Origin: Candidatus Magasanikbacteria bacterium UBA922
GTDB lineage: Bacteria; Patescibacteriota; Patescibacteriia; Magasanikbacterales; UBA922
Direction: 5' to 3'
NCBI GenBank assembly: GCA_002293825.1
Contig: DBDW01000012.1
Span: 25,147 to 89,146, forward strand
Length of the DNA: 64,000 bases
The position numbers and the translations under genes are program-made. The notes beneath the pieces were generated by a model. It worked only from the letters and a program-made list of their open reading frames with translations. It was not told the origin of the DNA and made no database searches. Every line of letters starts with the position of its first letter. The first letter of the stretch is position 1. Shown here in pieces: positions 10,615 to 20,361 of this stretch.

Positions 10615-12366
10615 ATGGAAAAAGAACAACTCGAACATATACGTCATTCAGCTGCACATCTGTTAGCAGCGGCAGTCGAAGAATTATATCCGAATGCGAA
10701 GCGTACGATTGGTCCTGCAATCGAAGATGGGTTTTATTATGATTTTGATTTTGGAGCAGAAAAAATCAATGATGAGGATTTGAAAAAAATAGAAAAACGA
10801 ATGGGGGAAATTGTAAAACATTGGAAACAATTTGAGCATCGAGAAGTAACTGTGGATGAGGCAAAAGAATTTTTTAGAGATAATGAATACAAGAAAGAAT
10901 TGATTGAAGAATTTGCACATGAAGGTGCGGTACTTACGTTTTATACAGTGGGAAAATTTACTGATTTATGTCGTGGTGGACATAGTGAAAATCCATCAAA
11001 AGAATTACGAAATTTCACATTGCTTAGTGTAGCGGGAGCATATTGGAGAGGGGATGAGAAAAATAAGATGCTTACTCGAATTTATGGTACAGCATTTCCA
11101 ACCAAAGAAGAATTAGTGGAATTTTTGCGACTGAGGGAAGAGGCAAAGAAACGAGATCATCGCAAAATTGGCAAAGATCAGGAATTATTTCTTATTGATG
11201 ATCGAGTGGGTAAAGGGCTCGTGATGTGGCTTCCAAATGGTACGATTATCAGACAAGAGATCGAAAAATTAGCGATTGAAATGGAAGAGAAATACGGATA
11301 TCAGCGAGTCGTAACTCCGCATATGGCAAAAGAGGAGCTCTACCTCACCTCGGGTCATTTACCGTATTACAAAGAGGGAATGTATCCTGCAATGGTGATG
11401 GATGATGGTACATATTATATGAAGGCTATGAATTGTCCGCATCATCATATTATTTATGGATCGAGTCCTCGAAGTTACCGTGAACTTCCGCTACGTCTCG
11501 CAGAATATGGTACGTGTTATCGTAATGAGCTCTCAGGAACTCTTGCAGGATTACTCCGTGTACGAGGACTCACGATGAATGATGCACATATTTATTGCAC
11601 GAAGGAGCAAATCAAGAGTGAGTTCACACGGGTTATGGAGCTCACGATGAATTATTTCAAAATTTTTGGTCTTACGAATTATTGGTTCAGACTTTCAAAA
11701 TGGAGTCCAGATCATAAGGAAAAATATATTGATCAGCCAGAAAATTGGGAAATGACTGAAGCAGTGCTTCGTAAGGTTCTCACTGATATGAATGTGGCAT
11801 TTACTGAGGTCGAGGACGAGGCGGCATTCTATGGACCCAAAGTGGATGTGCAATTCAAATCAGTGATCGGGCGAGAAGAGAGTATGTCTACGATTCAGCT
11901 TGATTTTCTTGCACGTGAACGATTCCAGCTTCGATATATCGATGAGACAGGAAAGGAAAATGGTGACGTCTTTGTAGTGCATCGTGCGCCACTTTCTACA
12001 CACGAGCGATTTACCGCGTTTCTAATTGAGCATTATGCAGGTATCTGGCCAGTATGGCTTGCGCCCGTGCAGGTAGCGATAGTGCCGGTATCAGAAAAAC
12101 ATGTGGAAGGCGCAGAATTATTGGCAGATGAATTCAGAAAGGCGGGAATTCGAGTGTCTATAGACAAAGCTGATGAGACGGTGGGAAAGAAAATTAGAAA
12201 AACATCTCAGAGTAAAGTTCCCTATGCACTCGTTATTGGAGACAAAGAACTTGAAGGTGGAAAATTGATGGTGCGAGTGAGAGGTCGAGAAGAACAGGTG
12301 GAGATGGAAAAGAATGAGTTTGTGGACAAAATTGTACATGAGATTATGTACAGAGGTCAGGTGTAG
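10615..12366 (+). CDS. thrS: threonyl-tRNA synthetase (no N-terminal TGS domain; starts at the editing domain)
   Basis: Track ORF 10531..12366 uses an upstream TTG that overlaps the leader terminator. The likely real start is MEKEQLEHIRHSAAHLLA (HxxxH editing-domain motif). Class II motifs and a C-terminal anticodon-binding domain are present. Confidence 0.9.
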   Translation: MEKEQLEHIRHSAAHLLAAAVEELYPNAKRTIGPAIEDGFYYDFDFGAEKINDEDLKKIEKRMGEIVKHWKQFEHREVTVDEAKEFFRDNEYKKELIEEFAHEGAVLTFYTVGKFTDLCRGGHSENPSKELRNFTLLSVAGAYWRGDEKNKMLTRIYGTAFPTKEELVEFLRLREEAKKRDHRKIGKDQELFLIDDRVGKGLVMWLPNGTIIRQEIEKLAIEMEEKYGYQRVVTPHMAKEELYLTSGHLPYYKEGMYPAMVMDDGTYYMKAMNCPHHHIIYGSSPRSYRELPLRLAEYGTCYRNELSGTLAGLLRVRGLTMNDAHIYCTKEQIKSEFTRVMELTMNYFKIFGLTNYWFRLSKWSPDHKEKYIDQPENWEMTEAVLRKVLTDMNVAFTEVEDEAAFYGPKVDVQFKSVIGREESMSTIQLDFLARERFQLRYIDETGKENGDVFVVHRAPLSTHERFTAFLIEHYAGIWPVWLAPVQVAIVPVSEKHVEGAELLADEFRKAGIRVSIDKADETVGKKIRKTSQSKVPYALVIGDKELEGGKLMVRVRGREEQVEMEKNEFVDKIVHEIMYRGQV

Positions 12367-12392
12367 AGTGTGTATCATTCAAGATGAATAAT

Positions 12393-12423
12393 AAAATCCC
12401 CGCTCAAAGAGCGGGGATTTTTG
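12393..12423. terminator. bidirectional terminator between thrS (+) and uvrA (-)
   Basis: aaaatccccgctcaaagagcggggattttt: a perfect hairpin with an A run on one side and a T run on the other. Confidence 0.65.
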
Positions 12424-12445
12424 ATGGTAATTTTTTAATTACAAT

Positions 12446-15316
12446 TTATTTTTTACGTTTTGTCGAAGCGCGTTTTTTGTGCACCAACTCTGGTGTTAGA
12501 TATTCCGCTGTCACGCTTTCTTTTGCAGCACTGATTGTTTCTGGGGTTCCTGAGGCTACTACTCGACCACCGTGTTTGCCTCCTCCGGGTCCGAGATCGA
12601 TAATCCAGTCCGAACATTTGATAATATCGAGATTGTGTTCAATGACGAGAACAGTATTTCCTTTTTCCACCAACTGATTCAAGACGTGTAATAATTTTTT
12701 GATATCTTCAAAATGAAGTCCAGTTGACGGTTCGTCCAAAATATAGATGGTTTTACCTGTAGAGCGTCGTGAAAGTTCGGTTGCTAATTTGATTCGTTGA
12801 GCCTCACCACCAGAAAGTGTGGTCGCGGGTTGTCCCAGCTGCACATATCCGAGTCCCACGTTTCTCAGGATCTGAAGTTTGTCTGTAATAGGGGTTTTTC
12901 CTTGGAAGAATTTGTATGCTTCTTCGACCGTCATTTTCAAAACCTCAGCAATATTTTTTTCTTTATAATGAATTTCGAGTACGTCTCTCGTGTAGCGTGT
13001 ACCATGACATTCACTACATTCGACAAACACATCATTCAAAAAATGCATAGGAATGGTAGCATATCCTTCTCCACCACATGCTTCACAGCGTCCGTCACCT
13101 TTCACATTGAAACTAAACGTTCCAGCTTGATATCCGCGTAGTTTTGATTCAGGGAGTTCAGCATAGAGGTCTCGAATCATGGTGAAAATTCCAGTGTACG
13201 TTACGGGGTTACTTCGAGGTGTTCTACCAATCGGTGTTTGATCAATTGCGATTACCTTGTCGATGTTTGATAATCCTTTGATATCTTTATGTTCACCAGG
13301 TTCTTCTTTTGCTCGGTAAAACTTTTTTTCAAGTGCACGCCCGAGGATATCCAAAATCAGAGTTGATTTGCCTGATCCTGAAACACCGGTAATACTCACA
13401 AACATGCCGAGTGGTATGTCGACATCAATATTCCTCAAATTATTTTCTTTTGCTCCAAGAATAGTTAATTTTTTACCATTTCCTTTGCGTGGTTTTCCTG
13501 CTGCTTTAATTTCTTCTTTTCCAGATAAATATCTACCAGTCATGGATGTGTCTGACTTGATTACTTTTTCTGGAGTGCCACTCGCCATTACCTGCCCGCC
13601 ATATTCTCCTGCACCAGGTCCAATATCGATGAGATAATCTGCAGCCTCCATGATCGCTCTGTCGTGTTCAACAACAATTACCGTGTTTCCAGAGTCGCGG
13701 AGTGACATGAGTGTGTTGATCAGTTTTCCATTATCTTTTGGATGCAGACCAATTGAAGGTTCGTCGAGTATGTAAATAAGGCCCGAAAGACCAGCAGAGA
13801 GCTGTGTCGAGAGTCGTACGCGTTGGGACTCACCTCCAGAAAGAGTGTTGAGTGATCGATCAAGCGTGAGGTATGCGAGCCCTACCTCGATCAAATGTTC
13901 TACGCGTCGTCGGATTTCTGTAGCAATGGGTAATGCAACAGCGCGTCCTTCTGATGAAAGTTTTTTGGCAAGAGGTGAATTGGCAGTTTCGAGTGAGGTG
14001 AAAATATCGTATGATTCCTCGAGACTCATCTCAGCAATATCTGCAATTGAATATTCGGCGATTTTGATATGAAGACTATCTTCTTTGAGACGTCGAGTTT
14101 TACAGACCGAGCATTGTTTTTCTCGCATGTAGACCTCAATTTCTTTTTTTACATATTCTGATTTTGTCTCAATATATCGCGCGCTCAAATTAGGAATTAC
14201 CCCTTCGTACGTTGTCTTTTTATCTTTTACAAGATATTCTTGTCCGTCGGTTCCATAGAGAATGGTATCCATCACTGATTGAGGTAATTCTTCTACTGCT
14301 CGATCGAGTGAAAAATTGTGTGCATGTGCCACTTCAGTCAATATGTCCATGAGACCCGTATTATTTCCCACCAATCGAGTCCATGGCTGAATCGCACCTT
14401 CACGAATGGTGAGTTTTTGATTTGGAATTACTAGCTCAGGATCTACTTCGAGTGTTTTTCCAAGTCCGGTGCATCGGGGACATGCGCCATACGGACTATT
14501 GAAGCTAAATGAACGTGGTTCGATATGGGCAAATGAACGATTGCATGATGTGCACACAGGAATTTGTGAAAAAATGAGCTGTTCGTCAGTGTCAGGATTG
14601 TGAACAATAGTCGTACCATTCGAGAAATCAAGTGATTTGGTGATATGAGTTGCAAATGATTCTTTCAATAAATTTTTCAGCTCCCCGATCACCACCTCGA
14701 CATCATAGGTGTAGGATGGATTGAGGGTAAGCGAAGCGATTTGTTTTACTGAGGTTTCAACTCCATTGAGACGGATGGTGTGATATCCTGTCTTCTCTAC
14801 GCGATGTTTCAATTCTTTTGCAGTGATCGTTCCTCCTTTGATAATAGGAGAAAGGACAAGTGCATGAGGCATTTTTTTTGCAAGAGTACGGATTTTTTCG
14901 ATAATGGTACCGGCTTTATACGAAGTCACGGGAATATTGCAGGTAGGACACCACTGCGTACCAATGCGTGCAAACAATAATCTGAGATAATCATAAATTT
15001 CAGTCGTGGTACCTACGGTAGAGCGAGGATTTTGGGTGGTGTTTCTTTGATTGATTGCAATCGTGGGTGAGAGACCACTGATTTCATCTGCATCAGGCTT
15101 GTCTTGCATATCCATGAATTGTCGTGCGTATGCGTTCAAACTTTCTGCATATCTGCGTTGACCCTCTGCATAGATCGTGTCGAAAGCTAGACTGGATTTT
15201 CCAGAACCCGAAAGACCGGTGATTACTACCAATTTATTTTTTGGAATTTCGAGTGAAACATTTTTGAGATTATGTACTCGTGCATTGACTATTTTTATGG
15301 TTTCTGTGTGTTTCAT
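12446..15316 (-). CDS. uvrA: excinuclease ABC subunit A
   Basis: 956 aa. Two ABC ATPase modules ([23 protein letters not shown]; [10 protein letters not shown]) and zinc-finger cysteines. Confidence 0.95.
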   Translation of the reverse strand: MKHTETIKIVNARVHNLKNVSLEIPKNKLVVITGLSGSGKSSLAFDTIYAEGQRRYAESLNAYARQFMDMQDKPDADEISGLSPTIAINQRNTTQNPRSTVGTTTEIYDYLRLLFARIGTQWCPTCNIPVTSYKAGTIIEKIRTLAKKMPHALVLSPIIKGGTITAKELKHRVEKTGYHTIRLNGVETSVKQIASLTLNPSYTYDVEVVIGELKNLLKESFATHITKSLDFSNGTTIVHNPDTDEQLIFSQIPVCTSCNRSFAHIEPRSFSFNSPYGACPRCTGLGKTLEVDPELVIPNQKLTIREGAIQPWTRLVGNNTGLMDILTEVAHAHNFSLDRAVEELPQSVMDTILYGTDGQEYLVKDKKTTYEGVIPNLSARYIETKSEYVKKEIEVYMREKQCSVCKTRRLKEDSLHIKIAEYSIADIAEMSLEESYDIFTSLETANSPLAKKLSSEGRAVALPIATEIRRRVEHLIEVGLAYLTLDRSLNTLSGGESQRVRLSTQLSAGLSGLIYILDEPSIGLHPKDNGKLINTLMSLRDSGNTVIVVEHDRAIMEAADYLIDIGPGAGEYGGQVMASGTPEKVIKSDTSMTGRYLSGKEEIKAAGKPRKGNGKKLTILGAKENNLRNIDVDIPLGMFVSITGVSGSGKSTLILDILGRALEKKFYRAKEEPGEHKDIKGLSNIDKVIAIDQTPIGRTPRSNPVTYTGIFTMIRDLYAELPESKLRGYQAGTFSFNVKGDGRCEACGGEGYATIPMHFLNDVFVECSECHGTRYTRDVLEIHYKEKNIAEVLKMTVEEAYKFFQGKTPITDKLQILRNVGLGYVQLGQPATTLSGGEAQRIKLATELSRRSTGKTIYILDEPSTGLHFEDIKKLLHVLNQLVEKGNTVLVIEHNLDIIKCSDWIIDLGPGGGKHGGRVVASGTPETISAAKESVTAEYLTPELVHKKRASTKRKK

Positions 15317-15322
15317 AGTAAA

Positions 15323-16831
15323 TTAGTTTCCACAAACTTCTGTACCTGCCGGGGCAGATTCAATTCCTGATGTTTTGGTTCCAGAATAATAAATTTTTTG
15401 AGATACCTCATCTTCGTCCCCATTATCAATATCGGCAATATTTGATGCATTGATGTTCAAGGTGATACCCTGAATTAATTCATCTTTGGTAAAAAAATGA
15501 GGAGCTGGGGCATTACGAAGTATACAGTTTTTCCAATCGTTTGATTCGTTTAAGAGGTCGTACGCTTGATACGTTCTTGTTCCATTTTCTGTCGCTGTTA
15601 AAGATCTACCAAGAAAATGTTCTTCTAATCCAAATCCGTCTCCTGATTCATTAAACTCTACTGCAAGTATGAAACCTTTTTTATCACCTTTTTCTGTACA
15701 ATAATTATTCCATTGCTCAGTAATTTCGGCTGTTGATGCAGTTACTGCGTATACTTGTTTTTGATCGGGGCGCAAATTAGTCGATTTTCCTGGATCTATT
15801 GGATATTGAATATTGAGTTGAGAATGATCTCCGTTATTACATACAATATATATTTCTAATTCTTCTGTTGAGCCATTTGCTACCCATGGATAAGTCCATC
15901 CTTCTCCAAAAACTGTTCGCACCAGTCCACCCGCTGCAGTTAGTAGTGCGGCTTCAGCACTACTATTGCTGATGGTTCCTCCAATAGTTGCGGGTGTGCA
16001 TTTGTTTCCACTTCCATCACTATTAAAACACACACTTCCTGTGGGACATGCCATGCCAGTACAGGTGAGTGCTCCTGATCGTTCTACATAATAATCACTC
16101 CCACACTCACCTGCTCCAGTAGAGGTGGGCGCTACCCAGTCTGAGGGTTGCAATGTTTTGAGTGCAGTTTCTTTTGCTTCTTTCGTAAGAGATTCTCCTG
16201 TTTTCATTGCAGGTTTTTTTGAAATTCGACTATTTGTGATTTCACTGCAATACGAAGCGGCAATTTTTTGCGTGTTGATCATCCAGACATTTGGGGGTTG
16301 GAGATTTACGAGATTTGGGTTCACGGTATAGAGAATGGTATATGCTGTGGCAAGTATGACAAGACCGATGATTGATCCATAAATTTTACGCTGTGCAGAG
16401 CTGATAGCCTCTGAATTTCCTCCTGAGATTGTCCACTGGACTCCTGCAAAAATAATCATCAATACTGCAATAATGGCAGCTAGACTCAGGCCATATTCAT
16501 AAATAAATGCGATAAATTGTGCTAATCCAGTGAATTCTTGCTGACCACCAATTGAAATCCCAGTTTTTGCAGTGACCGCAGGGAGACACAAGCCTACTTT
16601 TGTGGTTCCGTCTGCCAAGGTTTTTCCATCACACAGATTGCTGGATATATCATCGTTTCGAAATACTTTTTCCCATCCAGGCTCTCCTGGTCGAGGTGTC
16701 TCTACCTTAAATAAACTTTTTCGTGCATCGTAACAGTCTTTCTCAATCCAGCAACGCTGGTCGACCTGTGCATGAACGAGAGATGGAGACAGGATCATGA
16801 TGCTGAGTATGAGAAAGAGGATTTTTTTCAT
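15323..16831 (-). CDS. secreted cysteine-rich protein with a central two-helix hydrophobic hairpin (VirB2/TrbC-pilin-like topology, unverified)
   Basis: 502 aa. Signal peptide [21 protein letters not shown]. About 16 Cys in the extracytoplasmic parts. Two adjacent TM helices at about residues 100-175. Gene is 7 nt from uvrA. Confidence 0.6.
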   Translation of the reverse strand: MKKILFLILSIMILSPSLVHAQVDQRCWIEKDCYDARKSLFKVETPRPGEPGWEKVFRNDDISSNLCDGKTLADGTTKVGLCLPAVTAKTGISIGGQQEFTGLAQFIAFIYEYGLSLAAIIAVLMIIFAGVQWTISGGNSEAISSAQRKIYGSIIGLVILATAYTILYTVNPNLVNLQPPNVWMINTQKIAASYCSEITNSRISKKPAMKTGESLTKEAKETALKTLQPSDWVAPTSTGAGECGSDYYVERSGALTCTGMACPTGSVCFNSDGSGNKCTPATIGGTISNSSAEAALLTAAGGLVRTVFGEGWTYPWVANGSTEELEIYIVCNNGDHSQLNIQYPIDPGKSTNLRPDQKQVYAVTASTAEITEQWNNYCTEKGDKKGFILAVEFNESGDGFGLEEHFLGRSLTATENGTRTYQAYDLLNESNDWKNCILRNAPAPHFFTKDELIQGITLNINASNIADIDNGDEDEVSQKIYYSGTKTSGIESAPAGTEVCGN

Positions 16832-16855
16832 ATACTGTTTAGAGTGAGGTGAAGG

Positions 16856-17602
16856 TTAGGGAAGAGGAGTGTTGAGCATTTCAATAAGTACGGTTTTCCA
16901 GTGATCCAGTGAATGTACTCCTTCAATGAATTTTCCGTTTACCATGTAGGTCGGCGTACCACGTACCCCAAGGATAAGTCCATCTTCCAGGTCTTGATCG
17001 ATTACTTTTGTATAGGTCTGTGCTCGATAGCATTGATCAAAGAGGGCGGCATTTACACCGGATTCCACAGCATACTCGTAAAGCTTCGACTCGTCAAGAT
17101 TCTTATAGATAAACGCTCGGTCATAAAAATTCCAAAATTTACCCTGAGCATGAGCACACATTCCTGCGTGTGCTGCAGCGCGTGCATTCGGGTGAATGCT
17201 TTGAATGGGGTAATTTTTGAATACAATGCGCACCGCATCGCCAAAGGTGTCGCTAAGTTCTTTCATGACAGGGAAGCTTGCTTGGCAGTAGGGACATTCA
17301 AAATCGATAAACATGACAATCGTTACTTTTGCCTGTGAGGTACCTTGTACCGGGTTATCTTTTCGGACAAAAGTCTCCCAATCTGAACGATCTGGCGGGG
17401 CATTGGCATCTCTGCGAGCTTGGGTAAACGATTCTTCGAGATTCTGGACAATAGATCCCACGGCTTCCGATGATCCGTATTTTAATTGCCATGTATAGTA
17501 GATAAAATAATAGATCACCGTGAGAATGAACAGTACAATCGGTATGAGTATGATCGCACCGATGATTTTCAATGAAGATTTTTGCATAGGGATATGTACC
17601 AA
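16856..17602 (-). CDS. DsbA-family thiol:disulfide oxidoreductase, membrane-anchored
   Basis: Thioredoxin-fold active site FECPYCQ (CPYC). N-terminal TM anchor. The likely start is the internal Met (MQKSSLKIIG...). Confidence 0.8.
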   Translation of the reverse strand: MVHIPMQKSSLKIIGAIILIPIVLFILTVIYYFIYYTWQLKYGSSEAVGSIVQNLEESFTQARRDANAPPDRSDWETFVRKDNPVQGTSQAKVTIVMFIDFECPYCQASFPVMKELSDTFGDAVRIVFKNYPIQSIHPNARAAAHAGMCAHAQGKFWNFYDRAFIYKNLDESKLYEYAVESGVNAALFDQCYRAQTYTKVIDQDLEDGLILGVRGTPTYMVNGKFIEGVHSLDHWKTVLIEMLNTPLP

Positions 17603-17664
17603 ATATGCGCGTATTGTAGCATTTTTTTATCAATATCACAATGTATATTGTTTTATCTACTACC

Positions 17665-17693
17665 TTGACAGTAGTTTCTATGTTTGGTACACT
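17665..17693 (+). promoter_or_regulatory. candidate sigma70-type promoter for secG (TTGACA-N17-TACACT)
   Basis: ttgaca, a 17-nt spacer, then tacact about 65 nt upstream of secG. The region is divergent from the dsbA-like gene. Confidence 0.4.
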
Positions 17694-17757
17694 CTCATTC
17701 GTTTTACGAGTGAGCGACGTTATTTACGATTTTGTCAGTTTCTGATATACTCAATTC

Positions 17758-17994
17758 ATGAATTTGATTTATATGCTTTCGACTATTATAACTATAGTGC
17801 AATTAGTAATCGGAGTTTTATTGATGGTAGCAATCCTCCTACAGCAGAAAAGTGCAGGGATTGGTGCTGCGTTTGGTGGAGCGAGTGGCGTCTATACGTC
17901 TCGACGAGGTATTGATCGCGTACTCTACAACATCACGATTGCTCTCTCTATTTTGTTTTTCGCACTTGCGTTGGTGAATTTGATCCTCGCTTAA
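17758..17994 (+). CDS. secG: preprotein translocase subunit SecG
   Basis: 78 aa with two TM helices and the characteristic LLQ...G.GAAFGG...RG motif. Confidence 0.8.
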   Translation: MNLIYMLSTIITIVQLVIGVLLMVAILLQQKSAGIGAAFGGASGVYTSRRGIDRVLYNITIALSILFFALALVNLILA

Positions 17995-18020
17995 ATTACG
18001 TTTTTTAACTCTCTATAGCT

Positions 18021-20069
18021 GTGCCTTTTTTGAAAAAACACACAGCAGTCTCTGGGAGTGGAAAGAAAAAACAACGATCTGCACATGACGTGGCGTTGCT
18101 TTCACGTCTTTCCCGTCGGAAATTTCCGACTCCTCGACAGCTGTCACAAATTAGTGCGGTTCTTTCGTTTAAAGAACGAATAGTCTTTTGGGTAGCCATG
18201 GTTGTATTTGTGTTTTCTCTCGGATCTATTGCTGTAGTGGTGGCAGATACCTATCGAGTATCAGTTCCAAAGGTTGCAGGAATATATCGTGAAGGAGTTA
18301 TTGGTTCGCCACAGTCTCTCAATCCACTTTTTTCAACATTAAATGAGGTGGATCAGGACATTGTTTCACTGGTCTATTCTGGTTTGCTGAGATATGATTC
18401 TGCTCGCCGTCTCGTACCGGATCTGGCGGTAAAATATGATGTCTCTCCTGATGCAAAGACATATACATTTGAATTAAAACAGAATGTGGTGTGGCATGAT
18501 GGAGAACCTTTTACTGCTGCAGATGTGGTACACACGTTTGAATTGATTCAGGATACAGGTGTTGGCAGTCCGTTGTATGTGTCATTTCAAAAAGTTTCGG
18601 TCTCTGCGCCGAGTGAATATACCGTGGTTTTTGTACTTGAAGAGCCGTTCACTGGATTTTTGCCTAGTTTGACTCTCGGTATTATCCCAAAACATGTCTG
18701 GGGCTCACTTCCGTCGTCTCAGATTAGATTGGCACAACGCAATCTCCAGCCAATTGGTACCGGACCATTTCAATTCAAACGATTAGTAAAAAGTCCTGAG
18801 GGATTTGTGGAATCTGTCGAACTTGCTCGGTTTTCTGATTTTTATCGAAACCCTCCATATCTCAAAGAAATTATTTTTCAGTTTTTCGGAGATTATGATG
18901 GTCCGACAGGGGTAGTTTCTGCGCTTCGTGAAGGCAAGATTGATGGTATTTCTTTTGTGCCATATGAATATCGCGAACGAGTCAAGCGTAAACATATTGT
19001 ATTGAATACACTACAGCTTCCGCAGTATACCGCGCTCTTTTTGAATCAAAAGAATGAAATCTTGAAAGATCGAGCAGTGCGCACAGCGCTCGTTTCTGCG
19101 ATTGATAAAAATCGAATTGTGGCGGATGTGCTCGATAGTGAGGCGACTGCTATCTCAGGTCCATTACTTTCTGATTTCCCTGGATACGCAGAATCAGTTA
19201 CCACCACCCAATTTTCTTTTGAGGAGACCAATCAGTCGCTTGACGTGCTCTACGATCGATTGTCGGCTGCCGACTACCGCACTATGCTGCTAGACGCGCG
19301 CACGAGCGAGCGAATACAGGAAGAGCAGAAGAAAAATATGCCACCAGTAGCAACTTCGACCGAAGAAGGTGGTTCGATGCAATCGGTAGATGATGAGAAT
19401 AGTAGTGGGGAAGCGATAGCGACAGTTACCTCTACGATCGATGAGGCGCTCATTCGAGAGGAGATTTCAAAAGAACTTGAGCTTGAGCTCGATCCAGCAC
19501 AATTGTTTTATCGATACAAAAAAGGCGGTGATAAAAAACAGGTGATTGGATTTGAATTGGTCACTGCAGCGACGCCAGAGTATGCAAAAGTTGCTGAGAT
19601 TATTGCAGGGTATTTACAAGAAGTGGGAATTCGGGTAAAAGTTCGATTGGTGGATGCGCAGGATATTACTCGAGAGGTACTCCGTTCACGTAATTACGAC
19701 ATGTTGTTATATGGGGTAATTATTGGAAGTGATCCAGATCAGTATCCATTCTGGCATTCAAGTCAGATTGCATATCCTGGACTCAATTTGTCTCAGTATG
19801 CAAATAAGAACGTCGATCAATTATTGGAGAAGATTAGAACGAATACTACCAGTAGTACTGAGGAAATTGCAAAATTATATACCGATTTTTCGAATGCGAT
19901 TGTGACTGATGTTCCTGCAATATTCTTGTACACTCCTACCTATACGTACGCATTTACCGATGAAATTAAAGGTTTTTCGATTCAGCGTATTGCAAAACCG
20001 TCAGATCGATTTTCAAATATTTTTGACTGGTATGTGGCTGAGAAAAAAGTATGGGGACGAAACAATTGA
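18021..20069 (+). CDS. ABC transporter substrate-binding protein, family 5 (oligopeptide/nickel type), lipid- or TM-anchored
   Basis: 682 aa with an SBP_bac_5-like core (VVWHDGEPFTAADVVHTFE). N-terminal TM segment. An acidic insertion of about 80 aa (EEQKKNMPPV...ELELELD). Confidence 0.8.
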   Translation: MPFLKKHTAVSGSGKKKQRSAHDVALLSRLSRRKFPTPRQLSQISAVLSFKERIVFWVAMVVFVFSLGSIAVVVADTYRVSVPKVAGIYREGVIGSPQSLNPLFSTLNEVDQDIVSLVYSGLLRYDSARRLVPDLAVKYDVSPDAKTYTFELKQNVVWHDGEPFTAADVVHTFELIQDTGVGSPLYVSFQKVSVSAPSEYTVVFVLEEPFTGFLPSLTLGIIPKHVWGSLPSSQIRLAQRNLQPIGTGPFQFKRLVKSPEGFVESVELARFSDFYRNPPYLKEIIFQFFGDYDGPTGVVSALREGKIDGISFVPYEYRERVKRKHIVLNTLQLPQYTALFLNQKNEILKDRAVRTALVSAIDKNRIVADVLDSEATAISGPLLSDFPGYAESVTTTQFSFEETNQSLDVLYDRLSAADYRTMLLDARTSERIQEEQKKNMPPVATSTEEGGSMQSVDDENSSGEAIATVTSTIDEALIREEISKELELELDPAQLFYRYKKGGDKKQVIGFELVTAATPEYAKVAEIIAGYLQEVGIRVKVRLVDAQDITREVLRSRNYDMLLYGVIIGSDPDQYPFWHSSQIAYPGLNLSQYANKNVDQLLEKIRTNTTSSTEEIAKLYTDFSNAIVTDVPAIFLYTPTYTYAFTDEIKGFSIQRIAKPSDRFSNIFDWYVAEKKVWGRNN

Positions 20070-20117
20070 CATACTAGGAATGACAAAATGTACGACAGCT
20101 TGAAACAGTAGCTGTAT

Positions 20118-20199
20118 GCCGATGTGGTGAAATTGGTAGACACGTGCGCTTCAGGTGCGCATGCTTCACGGCTTGTGGGTTCGAGTCCCACCATCGGCA
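20118..20199 (+). tRNA. tRNA-Leu (anticodon CAG)
   Basis: Cloverleaf folded by hand. Acceptor GCCGATG/CATCGGC. D-arm GTG...CAC. Anticodon stem TGCGC/GCGCA with loop TTCAGGT (CAG). Long variable arm. T-arm GTGGG TTCGAGT CCCAC. Discriminator A. CCA not encoded. Confidence 0.8.
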
Positions 20200-20361
20200 C
20201 TATTACACGACACATACTACGTGGAATACGATACAATCATGGCACGCTGGTACTATGTTTGTATTTTGTTCTTTGTAGTATGTATCGTACATAATTTATT
20301 TCGTACCTGAGACGTATTTAGCGTCGGTACATCGTTACAATCGTAATGAAAAAGTAATGTA

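Noticed and set aside
12797-14980. Several 66-114-aa plus-strand ORFs inside uvrA
   Set aside because: All are antisense to a 956-aa gene with unambiguous UvrA motifs. They are typical spurious ORFs.
19982-20236. 84-aa minus-strand ORF
   Set aside because: It overlaps the tRNA-Leu(CAG) gene, which folds into a canonical cloverleaf.
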